Shown here: positions 46,549-59,300 of the stretch, in pieces
How positions within the stretch are numbered: position 1 is the stretch's first letter
Layout: every line of letters starts with the position of its first letter
Source: Nageia nagi
Lineage: Eukaryota > Plantae > Pinophyta
Reading direction: 5' to 3'
Assembly (NCBI GenBank): GCA_050084985.1
Contig: JBITNC010000001.1
Span: 205,468,001 to 205,532,000 of the forward strand
Length of the DNA: 64,000 nt
The notes under the pieces: generated by a model
The model's input: only the letters and a program-made list of their open reading frames with translations
Database searches by the model: none
What the model was told of the DNA's origin: nothing
Position numbers and translations under genes: made by a program

Positions 46549-49500
46549 AATGTCCCAAAAATAAATATTTTGTAAATGTCTCCTACACTTAATTATAAAA
46601 GTGGAAAAGGGGTTCATGTGACTAGGAGACATAACTTAAGTTGTGTTTATTTATGTTTTTATTTTTATTTTTTGTAATAAGGTACTTTAAGTGATTTTAG
46701 GGTTAGGAGATGTCAACTCCAAATTAGAACCTCATTCTATAAAAGGAAGTGAGCATCTCATTTGGAGCATGTTATGTGATATGAGAATTGAATATTGAAA
46801 CCTTAGAGTTTCCATGAGTTAAGATTGCAGGTCTTGCTCATTCTCATAGTGCATTGGAGGTGCATGGTTGGGGACTTGGCAATATCATTGAAGGTGTTAT
46901 TGCCCTAAAATATCAAAAATACAAAAAGAGGCATCTGTGAGTGGTTCGTGGCATTTCTTTTGTGGAGGGATTCACTCAGTTTGGAAAGTTTGTATATGCA
47001 TTTTTAGTTTCGTGAGGATTCCATTTGTCCATTCCAGCTTGTCTTGGTTTGGAAATATTTAATATATAATACAGGCTGATTTCTCCTCATAGTAGTGTTA
47101 TTTTATGAGCAATTTCTGAGTTATTTTATTGCTGCAATTTATTTCTGCATTTTTATATTGAGGGTTTGCTAGAAATAAAGAAATAAAAATAAAAGGAACA
47201 TCACATGCATCCTTTAGTATTTGCATTCTATTGCATAGAGGTTCGCTGCATAAGGGGTTCTATGCATGTTCGTTATTGAATATCATCGTGAATGTATTTC
47301 TTTTGAGGAATGAGATTATAAAGTTTATAATGTGAAGGATATCATTTGTGGGATTATGTATATCTGAATGATTCTCTCTCCTTGAGTTGCATATTGAACA
47401 TTCATTTGGATGGTTTGAGTTAATTCTTTGCATGATTTGCACGCAAGTGAATGTATTCTGAGGCCTATAACTTATCTTTATATCATTCGGTAAGGTTCTT
47501 GCACTCACACCCTCACCTCACTTATAACCTTTCCATTGAGTCTTCCACCAAGACCCAATAGCTTCCTGCTCTCGTTTGGTAGTGATTTGAGCATATTTGC
47601 TATTTGTTGCCCAGCTTGATAGTGAGTGCATCGACCTTAATGAATCTGAAGATGACCTATCGAGAGACTACATCGCTGGTGATACCTTCATAAGTCATTT
47701 TTTTTCCTTGTTTTCCTTTGCACTTATCCCTATGTTTGTCCCTACATTTGTGATCTTTTTTCGCTTTCGTTCACATCTGTAGTCTTTCTTTATTGAGGAA
47801 AGGAACTCCGGCATTGTATTTCCCTTCTATATGGTTAACAACATGCATCTTTGACTACTGAGCCTTAAAGACCATATTCCATGTGAGTGCTTGGGGTAAC
47901 CAGTCCTTTCAAGCAGAAACAAGTAACATTGTTTCCTCCAAGTCTTGTGCATGTTTTGGACTAGAAAAGAAAAACATACCAACACTTGACTTTTATCAAG
48001 AATTTATTTTTTCTCCACATGTTAGGCGCCAAAAATCACTCCATTGGATTTCCATATAGCTAAAAACATGTGCCTAACATTTTGGGGTCAAAACTTGCTC
48101 ATATTTGAAAAATTGAAGACCTAAATGTGCTTGGAATGGTCATTTCCATCAATTTATGTCTTTGGTTTTGTCTTTTAGTGAAAATCCATTTTTTCCTCCA
48201 AGTTAGGTGCCAAAATGCATGTATATGGATTTCCATAGACTTGAAAACATGCGCCTAAGATTTTAGGGCACTTCCATTGGTCAACATCGAAAAATTATAG
48301 ACCTAAAGTGCCTTAGAATGGGCTTTTACATGCAACAACTCATCTCCCTTGATTTTCGAGACAAATGACATTTTCCCCTTGGTAGCTAGGTTTCTTAGCT
48401 AAGAGGGTTTTCATCCTCAAAGTTGTGATCCTGTAGGTTTCCATCCACAAGATCTTTACCTTGGAGGGTTTTCGTCCATCCAAACACCAAAATAGGGGAG
48501 TAAAAATGACAATGAAGAATGAGTAGAATGGAAGCTCAATGCACTTTTATATTTCCAAAAACCCGAATCGTTCGTTGACCTTATTATTTTATTTACTTTA
48601 TTAAAATATCAAAATCTCCTAATAACCCTTTAATGTGACATCCTTATTTCTCCTCCCTTCTTATTTTGTTTATTTTTTATATTTTTGTCCTCCTAAGTCT
48701 CCTAACATATAATTGAGCCACATTTTTATTTTATTTTATTATTATATGTATATAGGACATAATAATAAAAAAATGTGTCATTACAGAAAATGGACTGCTG
48801 GCGGTCTACTTTTTGAGGAATAAAGTGCTGAAATTCAAATTGCAAATTCTGACTACAGAAAACAAGATTGTAACTAGCATAAAATGGACAAAAAAATTGC
48901 ACACAGATATGAACATGAATATTTATGCCGGTTCCCCTCAATGTGAGAGTACATCCAATCTAAAAGAGCTCATCTTCATGGATTTAGCCAAAAGCAACAT
49001 TACAATACATTCAATGGAGAGAACACCGCCTCTCACAATCACAAATTTCCCTAATGAAATGCAACAACACTTCTTCAATACCTCCACTTAATTCTTCAAG
49101 ATTTTTATCAAGTTCAAACTTGACTCAAGAAGTTTGATTTTGCTCATCAAACCTCCCTGTAAGTGGCTCAAGAAGTTTCTGGTGTGGTTCTTCAATGGCT
49201 TCTACTCAATTCTCCCTCTAAGAGCTCAAGAAGATACTACCATCTCCCAATTCCAATTCTCTTGTTCCCCGCCCCCCTTGCAAGAAAGAATTCCCTAGGA
49301 AGTTTTGTCGAAGTAAAACAGATGCCCCTTGATTTGCACTTGGCGCTTCAGCTTCCAAAGTAACTCCAAAACTTCCCAAACCACTTCATCTTCCATTTTC
49401 CCATGCCAAGAATGGATCGCTAGTTGTCTGGTTTTGGTTAGAATGGACCACTAGTGATCCTCTTTCTGTAGAATTATGACACCAAATATGGATGTCAACC

Positions 49501-50430
49501 TTGTTTTTGTGCATAAATTAGGAATCTAATAGAATTGATCCAATTTCATATCATTTCTATGCCATTCTTCCCAATTCATTTTACTAGTCAAAACAACACC
49601 AACAATGGAAAGAAGAGTATGCATTGTTATGAAAAAAAACAAATGCCTTCTAAAAAGATATGACCTTTAGAATGGATGCATTGAAATCATTAATTACAAT
49701 TAGTAGATTCATATTTTAATTTTCTCATTTTATGTAGATGACTACCACAATTTGCATTCATTGTGATACCAAATTGCACACAAGGCATAATTAAAGTCAA
49801 GAAGATTTTCACTATTGATTTAAATGAATGACATGATGAAAGATATAAACAAATTCTAGAATGGAAGAAAGAAGAAGAGGTTGAAGATAATGAGAAAGAG
49901 CCAAGGAGAGGCAATAATACCAAAGAAGAATGAAGGCTCTCTCATAGACAATGCAATATCCACAAAGAAATCCAATGAATATATATAAACAAGAATAGGG
50001 TACAAAGGAGGATCAAATGATGAAGGACAATAAGAGCACTTGCCAACAAGGAATTGGAATGGTATAATAAAACTTTTTTTGCCAAATGCTAGAGGAAAAA
50101 ATGTTGAAATCTTATGACTTGAAGGATTCATTGAGTTCCCTTAGCAATGAACATTTGAATGGTTCATCTTTTACATCATCTCTTAGACTTTAATTTCTTG
50201 TGAAGATAATAAGAACACTTTTGAGGCTTTATTTCAATGTGATTCCATGTGATATTATGTTGAGAAAAAAGGTGATACAAATGTTGGGAAGGCTTTATTT
50301 CAATGTGATTCCATTACAAATCATTTCGATATGAAATGGGAAGAATTCAAGATTATAGATATAGTCCTTCTTTGGATGGGAACATCTCATTTTATGTAGA
50401 TACGAATGGAGATTATGAAAGATATAAAAG

Positions 50431-50507
50431 AGAGTTATTTCTCTATAAAAAGGAAAATAAAAGACAGTTATTTCTCTATAAAAAGGAAAATAAAAGATAG
50501 TTATTTC
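50431..50507. repeat. 33-bp tandem repeat, ~2.4 copies
   Basis: AAAGACAGTTATTTCTCTATAAAAAGGAAAATA repeated. Confidence 0.75.
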
Positions 50508-52699
50508 ACTTGGAGCATTCCATGGAAACATAATCTTATCATTTATGCATCTATCCTGATGTTTAGAAAGGATTGTCATATTTTGGTTATCCACAATCCA
50601 CCACCACTTGTGCTATTGTTAAGATCACATAGATATAATGGAAATTGGAATGATTGTTTTGGTGTGCAAGTGTTAACAAACCAATTTTTTTTATTGTGCA
50701 AAGACTTTTCTATCTTTACCTCCAAGAAAGAAAGAGAATCTCAAAAAGGTCAAGATAGGGATCTCCATGAAGGAAGCATTCTAAGAAATCAAATGATTAT
50801 TACATGTGCATTAAGCAAAGGATTGAAGTTCATGACTTTAAGCATCTCATAAAGGCATCATAGCAAATATACAAATACATGATTGAAGATGAGGACTAGT
50901 CACCAACTATCAAAGTGATGCAGCAAAAGTGACAACCAAGAAAAATATATCAAAGGACTTCAAGGAACAAGCTAAGATTTGGCAACTTGGAAGAATCTTA
51001 AAAGAGAAGAACATGATAAAAAAAACTTGGAGTGAACCCAAGGATTTTGCAAAAGTGGAGAAAGCATGAAAAGTTATCAATGAAGCATATTCATAAGGAC
51101 CAATAAGGAAGCATTACAATCTTTTGAAGGCTCCAAAAAATGTACAACCTTGGAGGTCAAAGCCTTTGAAAGGGGCAGAACATGTAGTTTATCCTTCTTT
51201 GGCCTACATCGGTTGCACCTATGTGGGTTGAGATCATTATTAGAAATAATATCATATAAATATAAGTACATGTAATACTCATTACCATATTGGAAAATCT
51301 TGCTCAATCACAATATTTGGAGGTTTTCCCCCTCAAAATGGTGGAAGCTATCATTTTGGACTTCTATTCATTGATATTCTAGATTTGGCAATTGAAAGAC
51401 ATTTTCAATTGATATTATATGGTGATCTTATTCTTATCTTGCTCTTCAATTTTGTTATTTGATATAACAGGGAGATTATTCTCTTATTTCTATTAGTTGG
51501 TTTGTAACAAAACCTTCTATTTTATTGTGGTTTCAGTTTAAAACACTTAACCACATCTGAAGAAGTAGAGAGAAATCTATCTTTTAAGAGGGTTTCGTAC
51601 ACTCTTCCATTTTTTCACAAAGAAAAAGTGTTCAGAATGTTATGAGGCAAAACCCAACAATGACACAAGACAACAAATATTTTTCCAAAATTTTGCACTG
51701 GAAACAATCCCCTCTGAATGGCATTAAGGATGAAAGTCACCTAGCCTCTATCATGAGCAAGATAGGTAAAAAGTAGGTATCTTTGCGATGGGCTTGTCCC
51801 AAATTTGTGTTGTTACTTGCAAAGCTCAACTCTCTTCCTTTTCCAAGTCTAAGCCATATTCACCTCATCATGGGTTAATTTGAGGTTAGGTATCATATAA
51901 GTATCATTATAATTTTTTTATCTTTATGATCTATTTATACTATTTTTAGGGCCACAATAAATTGGTATCAGCGATGTTCTATTCTTTCTTATAAATATAA
52001 AATTTATATCTATCATAGAGAGCAACTAAGAAATGATAATTTTCATTTTGATAAGTTGACATTCAACAGTAACATGTCCTATTCAGTGTGATCATAAGAG
52101 TAATAACATGTCTCCTAATCAACCAAAAACTCAGCATTTCCACATATTATGGGGCTCTATGAATACCTGCTATAGTTTTTCACAGCAAACTGAACCAGCA
52201 AGGGACAACAATTGTGTTAAAGTGCACATGGAAATACCATTAAGAAAAGAAAGAAATGGTGAAAATAACATACGGCTGGCCATATTCACATTATCATTTT
52301 CAAAGCTTAGGCTGCAAGTTGAAATCCCAAGGAATTTGTTACAAGTCAGCCAATACAATAACTAAAATTGCATGCAAATTCCACACATGATATGACAATA
52401 GTAGTAACTAATAGCAGCACAAGCAATATATCCTAATGATCGATACCAAAACGTCATGCATATTCGCCAAATTCAAAGTAATAGAATAACATAATTTTAT
52501 ACTAATTATTATGAATGCAACTCTCCAATAAGCATTAGGGCAAGTCTACAGATAAAAAAGACATTATGGTTATTTTAAAAAGAAATAAAAATAGAGCACT
52601 TTCATGATCACGTCTCAATGTAAAGGTTTTAAAGATCCGAAAAAATCAAACTTTTTTTATTAATAAGAAATTAACCTTATTAATAAAAAAAAAATGCAA

Positions 52700-53920
52700 T
52701 AAATATGGAGACTATAATTGTCATGTAGGTGCTTCAAGTTCAAGATGGACCATAATAACCTCATGAATTTCTTGGCACAAAAGTTTTCATGCTCTTAACA
52801 ACTTCAATGGGTGATCAAGCTATAAGGTTATGACTAAATGATATTGAGTATTTGAAAGCAAAGGAAAATATGGTAGTCGATGCATTGTCGAGGAAAATGA
52901 AAATATGAGCTTAATTCATGAACAAAACCTCCAAGGGAATTGTAACTTCTATGACAATAGATATTTTAACAGAAAAATAGACTTTATTGAAGGTTTTCCT
53001 AAGGAAAATCAATCATTTTCAAAGTAGTTAGTAGGTTATCCAAATATATCGATTTTGTGCAATACAACATCCATTTTCAAAGCGAAAGGTGGCTCCACTA
53101 TCCTTGGCTCATATCTTTCACTTGCATAATATGTAAAATAACATTGTGAGCAAACCAAACCTAGTATTTGAAAGGAAATGTTTCAATTCAATCGTATAAA
53201 GCCAAACATGAGCTTGGCCTCTGAACTCCAAATCAATGGGAAAATAGAGGTGGTTAATATATACTTAGAGAGTTTTGAAGTGTTTTTCTTTGGACAAACA
53301 AGGTGCCAAGGATGATGGGTCAAATCACTACCACTAGCAGAATGCTTCATGAAGTTTTCTGCCTATGAGCAAATGATACAATCGATCACCTCTTATATTC
53401 CAGCTTCAACATAAGTACAAGAAATGGATAATTTTTCCTACAAAGTTCAGGGATGCCATTTTCAAGAACTCACTATTCCAAGCTCAAAAGAGCATGATGT
53501 AACAAGTAGATCGGCATATTCCAAAAGAAGCCTTTTAATAGGAGATCTTGTCTTTCTCGAGTTCCAATCTTAAAACAATCATCTCCAAAAGCCACAAACC
53601 AAAGTTTAGTCAATGAGTTTATGAACCATACAAAGTAGTTTAAAACACTGGACAAGTGATACTCGAATTGAAACGCACATTAAAGATCTAAACAATCATC
53701 CATATATAATGTTTCATAAAGGTAAATGGCTAGAAGGTGTTGCCCTAAATCTAGATTCTAAAATTAAATGAGGAAGAAGATAGGACGTTGGAACTATAAA
53801 TAGCATTGAAGCAAAGGATGAAGAACGGTAGGAAAAACAGAACTAAAGGAAATTTTCGTCAAATGGAGAGGCTTCCTAAAGGGGAAAAAACATGGAACCT
53901 AAGACTATTTCAAACAACTA
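52700..53920 (+). pseudogene. Highly decayed gypsy RNase H, integrase and chromodomain relic
   Basis: FKFKMDHNNL..QWVIKL..IEYLKAKENMVVDALSR; QINGKIEVVNIYLE; EILVKWRG..TWEP. Confidence 0.75.
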
Positions 53921-53981
53921 TTTACACTTGCAAGTTTTGGAACAGCAACATTTTGCATAACATCTTATGAAACGCAGTTAC

Positions 53982-54150
53982 CCGATCATGACAGAGAAGA
54001 GCAGAGGAGAGCAGATCGCAAGTGCTACGAGTGTTTTCACTTTCCATGGGAGAGTGATAAGTGGAAAGAGGAGTGTTGCAGACCACAAATATGCATTTGA
54101 GGCGTGCGGAGTGCCACCTGCTTATCACTTGCAAATGCTTGAGGAGTGGG
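53982..54150 (-). promoter_or_regulatory. Candidate first (5' UTR) exon and promoter of the AAF-like gene
   Basis: Non-TE island that retains CpG, with a CT-rich tract on the minus strand ending in GG|GTAACT at 53982/53981. GATAAG/CTTATC I-box-like motifs at ~54056 and ~54121. Confidence 0.45.
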
Positions 54151-54396
54151 ACCTACATTCCTCCTTTGTGTTTTAAATTCCAATTAACCTCTGTTCCAAA
54201 TAGATGATAGATAATGTTTTCTTAAGTGAATTACTTATACAAATAAATAGTGAATAATAGTTTATTATTTATAAAAAGATGAAAAATATGATACTTATTA
54301 TTTAATTATCGTAAAATGTGTAATGTAGTGGACAAAGGGATGAAGTCTTAAATGCATTATAGAAAATTTCAAACCCATTTGTAATTAGCTTTGAAT

Positions 54397-54466
54397 ATCT
54401 ATTTTGTAACTCTTTCGATTTTGTTATCTATTTTGTAACTCTTTCGATCTTGTTATCTATTTTGTG
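54397..54466. repeat. 29-bp tandem repeat, ~2.4 copies
   Basis: ATCTATTTTGTAACTCTTTCGATTTTGTT repeated. Confidence 0.75.
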
Positions 54467-55329
54467 GAATTGAACCTTGTATAGATTGAGGTATACATTT
54501 CAAGTTTCATCTAGTTATTATTATAATTATTTGCATTAAAGATTTGAATATAAGGAGTTATGATTATTATCTATTGTATGTTTTTGTGTTATTATAAAAT
54601 GCTTGATGATTTTATATGGTGAAGTAGAAGTTTGTTTATTCTTGCGTAGTTATTAATGATTCATTTGTTCATCTTTATTTCATTAGATATATAAAGAATT
54701 ATGATCTTAGCACATTGCCCCCTAAATTATGATTTTATTTTATGTAATCTTCCTCACCATTTCTCTCTACCGAAAGCTACATTAGTATTTTTATATTTCT
54801 TTGAAAAGTTTAACCTTCCCAAAAAACTTGGAGGTCATTCTACAAATTGCAATATCTCATATTTGTAACATTCTCCATGTTATCTTTTGCATATGATGCA
54901 ACATGAGATGTACTTAACTATTCCATAAGTAGTCTTCATATTATAAGTAACAATAATTTTTGGCATATTCGATGGGACAAGCTAGCATAACTTTAAGAAG
55001 ATTATAGTGAAGGTCTCAATCTTTTTGTTTAAGAAGAGGCATGACATAATCACTTCACATGGTGACTCTATTTTGGCAACTTTACTAAATAAAAAAATTC
55101 ATGATCCGATGAGTTCAAGGATTGATTAGCAAATCCACATTAAGAGGAAACTCATAAGCTTTGTTATTATCTCTTAATTGAACTCTAAGAAGAAGAGCTT
55201 AATGATAATAAGTAGTTACATAATTCAATTCTACTTGAAGAAGCTTCTCGATATGGAATGATAGAATTCCTTATAACTACCTACTCCTTTGGCCATATAC
55301 AATCTGATTCTAGGATTCACACTAAAGTC

Positions 55330-55660
55330 AATGTTATACTTCATGATGGAGGATGCAACAACATAAATGGAACACTTACACCATATGATAAATTTATGCA
55401 CGATACATGACATACAAGAGGAAGATATACAATTCAAATTACTTGTTGCATCCTTCAAAGGTCAAATATAAGAGTGATACATCCATCTTGCCCCTCTCTC
55501 AATCATAACTTGGGATCAATTAGGAGATACTGATCACAAATAGATTTAGAGAAAAGATTAATGGTGTATCATTATTAGAATTGCTATCCATCATAAGGGG
55601 AACATCCATGTAGGTCATGGATAATTTTAACATAAGATTTCACAAGACCTAGTTCATGAT
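55330..55660 (+). pseudogene. Decayed retrotransposon gag fragment (non-chromovirus gypsy type)
   Basis: MEHLHHMINLCTIHDIQEEDIQFKLLVASFKGQI*E*YIHLAPLSIITWDQL. Confidence 0.6.
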
Positions 55661-56325
55661 TTTATATAAAAATTATTCTCTACCAAGTGTAGTCCATGGA
55701 TATGTACAATGTGTTTATCCCTCCATAAAAAATGTATTTATCCCCACATAAATGTAATGTATTTATCTATTGTTAAAAATAATATGTTTATACCCTTGAA
55801 CAAACACAATGCATTTATCTCCTATTAAAAATGAGGTAATTATGCCTTTGTAAAAATCCCCACCTAGTTTTACTATGAGATAAACACATTGTGCGTATCT
55901 CTTCTAAACAAAAATGCATTTATCCCCTATCAAGTACTTTGAGGATGTCATATCTTCTTGCATGCATTTTGAACATCACCAACCACCATTGAGGCATTAA
56001 TGGGTGAAGGCGAGGTGGTTAATTACTAGAGATAGTGATTTGTATTTTCATTTGCATTATTCAAACAAAATCTTAGATAGTTGCAAAGCTTTGAGAAGAC
56101 CAATTTTTTAGCCTTCTTCCAAAGTTTGCCTACAAGTTTAACAATATGTTTCACCCATTTACCTTATTTGTTTAACACTCGTCTTAAATAGGTATTCAAA
56201 AACCTTAGCTCATTGCTCATTTGCAATAAAAGGATCATGGTAGTTAAAGACTTTGTTAAAATAAATCATTTGCTAGAAAAAGATTCATTCCATTTACACC
56301 AAAAATATCATTTAGTCAATCACCA

Positions 56326-59300
56326 TGTAAAGATACAAATACAATCTCAACTGTAAATCAACAAATTCAATTAAACAAACCCTAACATCTGGTCTAGGGC
56401 ATACATATAATGAATTCACAACCCAAATATCCAACATATGGCCAAGATCAACTCACAACAATAATTACAAGCTCACAATGTCAATATCTGGCTTACACAT
56501 GTAAGAATGAACAGTCACATCTCAACATTGCAAATATAGACAAGTGCATAATACAAATATGAGATACAATGCTCGATGTTTGTATATTGATATTAAATGA
56601 ACAATAATATAATACAAGGACCTTAAGGGTTGATGTTGGACTCAAGGAAGCCAACTCAGATATAACATGTATCTTTAAATTGGACAAACGGATGGGATAG
56701 TTTTGCTCCCTCAGAACCTAAATCCTCTCCATTTAAGGAGCCCTCCTTTAATCCTGGCGACCAACTAAATAATAGAAGTTCAACCATGAAATACCACTAT
56801 ATGGGTAAGGGTACTACATTAATGTTGTAGACTAATAGGATCCCTCAGCCTAATAGCCCTCCTATATGTTGTACCTAGGGGTTTGCTTAACGTTGCTAAG
56901 TCTTCTTATCCTCTAGATGGTAAAAGAGTAATAATAATCAAGCATGTCTAACTATAAGGTGCCAATGTCCTTTTATAATGCTTAGCTAGATCTAGATCTC
57001 ACCTAAGAATCATTCCCAACTCCTCTAATCCAATGTTAGCCTCCTGGAGTATCCAAAATGCCCAATGTGGGTGCCTAGGGGTAAAGCATGCCAACATGGG
57101 AGCCTAGAGTACCATAAATGCCAATGTGAGGGTATGGAGTACCATTCATACCTAACATGGTATTTAGGAACCATGCATGGGGATTGATTGTCATCATGGG
57201 TGAAGGTGGAGGTCTAGGAGTCTCCCTAAGGCTAGTGCATGTACAGAAGTGCTCATCCAATCTCATAAGTGCTAAATAGATCTTAGGATTCCCATAATCA
57301 TGATCAGGATCTCCAAGTACAATAAAAATCCTATTCTATGTTTGTGAGGGAGAGGTCCCACTTGGGGATCATAGTGGGGTCCATTGACCTATTAACTCTT
57401 CTATCCCAAGTCCTAACTTAAAGCATAACATAATAATAAAGTATGTTACAAAGGGGAATTCATAGAATTCCAAAATCAAGTATAATAATACAAGGGGGAC
57501 ATCACAAAGCCTCCTCTCTTGAATTGCTTGTCCATAAGCAATGGTGGAAGATTGAAACACATTGTCTTCCAAGAATCCTTCCATCTTGTAAGCTATAATA
57601 TGCCATGGTGGAATGTAACTTCAATATCTTTTCTCCATGATGGCAATTTGGTATGAAATGCTAAATTTGTTCCCCCATGCATCAATAATGAATGCAAATG
57701 TTTTGATTTGCTATAACTATCACTCCTCTTCAATTGTTTAATAGTCATCCTCAGAAAGCAAAGGAGTGTAGTGAAGCCTCTAATAATATGTACCTATAAG
57801 AGCCTCAAGTAAATCATGGGTAAGTGAAAATGGATGGAGCTTTTGCTCTGTGTATGAGGCCAAGTCACTTCAAAGCTCAATGTGGAGTTCCAAACTCCCT
57901 CAACAACCAATATGAAGTAAGAAACCTTCCCATACTCTAATGTGGGGTACCAAGCTAACTTCAAGCTCATCATCCCACTCTGTATCTCCCTAGTACTCCA
58001 TGTGGGGAATAGAAACTCCCTCATACCCAACATTGAGTAGCCAACATCCCTAGTATTCAATATTGGATGAAAAGCCTCCTTGTAGCCTAACATTGGGGGT
58101 AGAATCTCCTTAAGGCTCCATGCGAGATGTCCAACCTCTCCAAAGCTCAACATGGGGTATCTAGCCTTGCCAAGTCCCAATGTGGGGTGTCCAACTCCTT
58201 TAAGACTCAACATGAGGTATCCAACCTCTCCAAGGTTTGACGTGGAGTATTTAGCCTCTCCAAGGTATGATGTGGGGTATCAATCCTCTATAAGGCCCAA
58301 CATGAGGTGTTAAACTCCTCCAAGATCCAACATGGGGTGCCCATCCTCCTTAAGATCCAACATGTGGTATCCATCCTCTCCAAGGGCTAACATGGGGAGC
58401 CAATAGTCCCTCAAGCTCTTTGATGTGCAATGTAGGGAGTAGGGGCTCCTTATTGCTCTCCTCCTTATGCCTAATGTGGCCCCATACTAAGCTTCCTCCT
58501 TCTAGCACCACTCAATCACCTCCATCCACTTATTATCTAGCAATGGATAATCATCGTGAATTCCTTGTAGCATATGATTCTTCCCATCAATCTTGAAACT
58601 CATGGTGAGTTTTTAATAGTTGGTGTGAATGTCACCCAAATTTAATAACCACTACACTCCAAATATGATGTGAAGATGCTTCTTCAATGGGTAAACATAT
58701 AAATTCTCCCTCATAGTATAACCTTGTAGCCTCACTTTGAATCTCTCCACTATGTGGTCCATAAGTGTGAGCTTCTCATTGATATTGAAAAATTTGAAAC
58801 CTTCAAACCCCTTGGTTTTTAGGTTCTTATTTTCCATAAATCTCTCATCAATGAAGTATGAGATGCTCTTGGATCAATCAAGACCATCACATCATGTCCC
58901 TTAGCTTGCCCTACCACCTTCAACGTGAGGTACTTCTTCACCCATGTAGTGAAATGATCATGCTTCCTAATGTGTCCTCTGATCTTAATGCCTCTTGATC
59001 CAATGTATCCATGCTAATATCTAGGTTTGAATCATTTGACTCATACTCCAAGAATAATTCTATGTAGTGTCCCTATCCCTTACATTGGAAATGGTTCCCA
59101 AGATCCCAAATCTTCTTGCAATAGAAGCACTTACCTTCATCCCTCAACTTCCTCTATACGGTTGAGTCTAATTAGTTTTTTTGAAGTGGGGGAAGGGTTT
59201 AGCCTTGCTAGGATCCTCCTTATTTGCATAAGTCTTCCATATTATCAATCTCTTAAATGTCTACCCTCCCTTTAGGGATTTCACTGTTAGCTCAAGATCA

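Larger units (their letters stand above)
40529..47205 (+). mobile_element. Element G: near-intact Ty3/gypsy chromovirus (Reina-like), 6677 bp
   Basis: LTRs 40529-41190 and 46546-47205 (~2% divergent by eye). TSD TGCAT at 40524-40528 and 47206-47210. PBS-Met at 41193. PPT GAGGAGGGTGG before 46546. Domain order gag-PR-RT-RH-IN-chromodomain. Confidence 0.97.
34449..47984 (+). mobile_element. Element F2: ~6.85 kb (net of G) TGTTG...CAACA unit with a long internal ORF; giant solo-LTR-like
   Basis: TSD CTTGA at 34444-34448 and 47985-47989. Termini TGTTGTGCTG and ATACCAACA. No internal LTR pair, PBS, PPT, gag or pol apart from nested G. Confidence 0.87.
32103..48380 (-). mobile_element. Element E: minus-strand relative of B with a ~175-bp tandem array, split by F2; right boundary approximate
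   Basis: 33060-33600 is the reverse complement of 14230-14780. 32103-32235 reversed gives the family terminus (GGTATCAGTCCT..GTAAC..TGTTGGG..CCTAACA). The array at 33600-34448 resumes at 47990. Confidence 0.78.

Noticed and set aside
48900-49440. Purine-skewed, coding-like tract on the minus strand
   Set aside because: No sustained frame or recognisable motif; could not be assigned.
50406-50852. 148-aa ORF with KDSYFSIKRKI repeats
   Set aside because: It is a product of a 33-bp tandem repeat in AT-rich decayed sequence.
51963-51975. PBS-like TGGTATCAG
   Set aside because: The match is short, and no adjacent CA-ended LTR with a partner could be defined.
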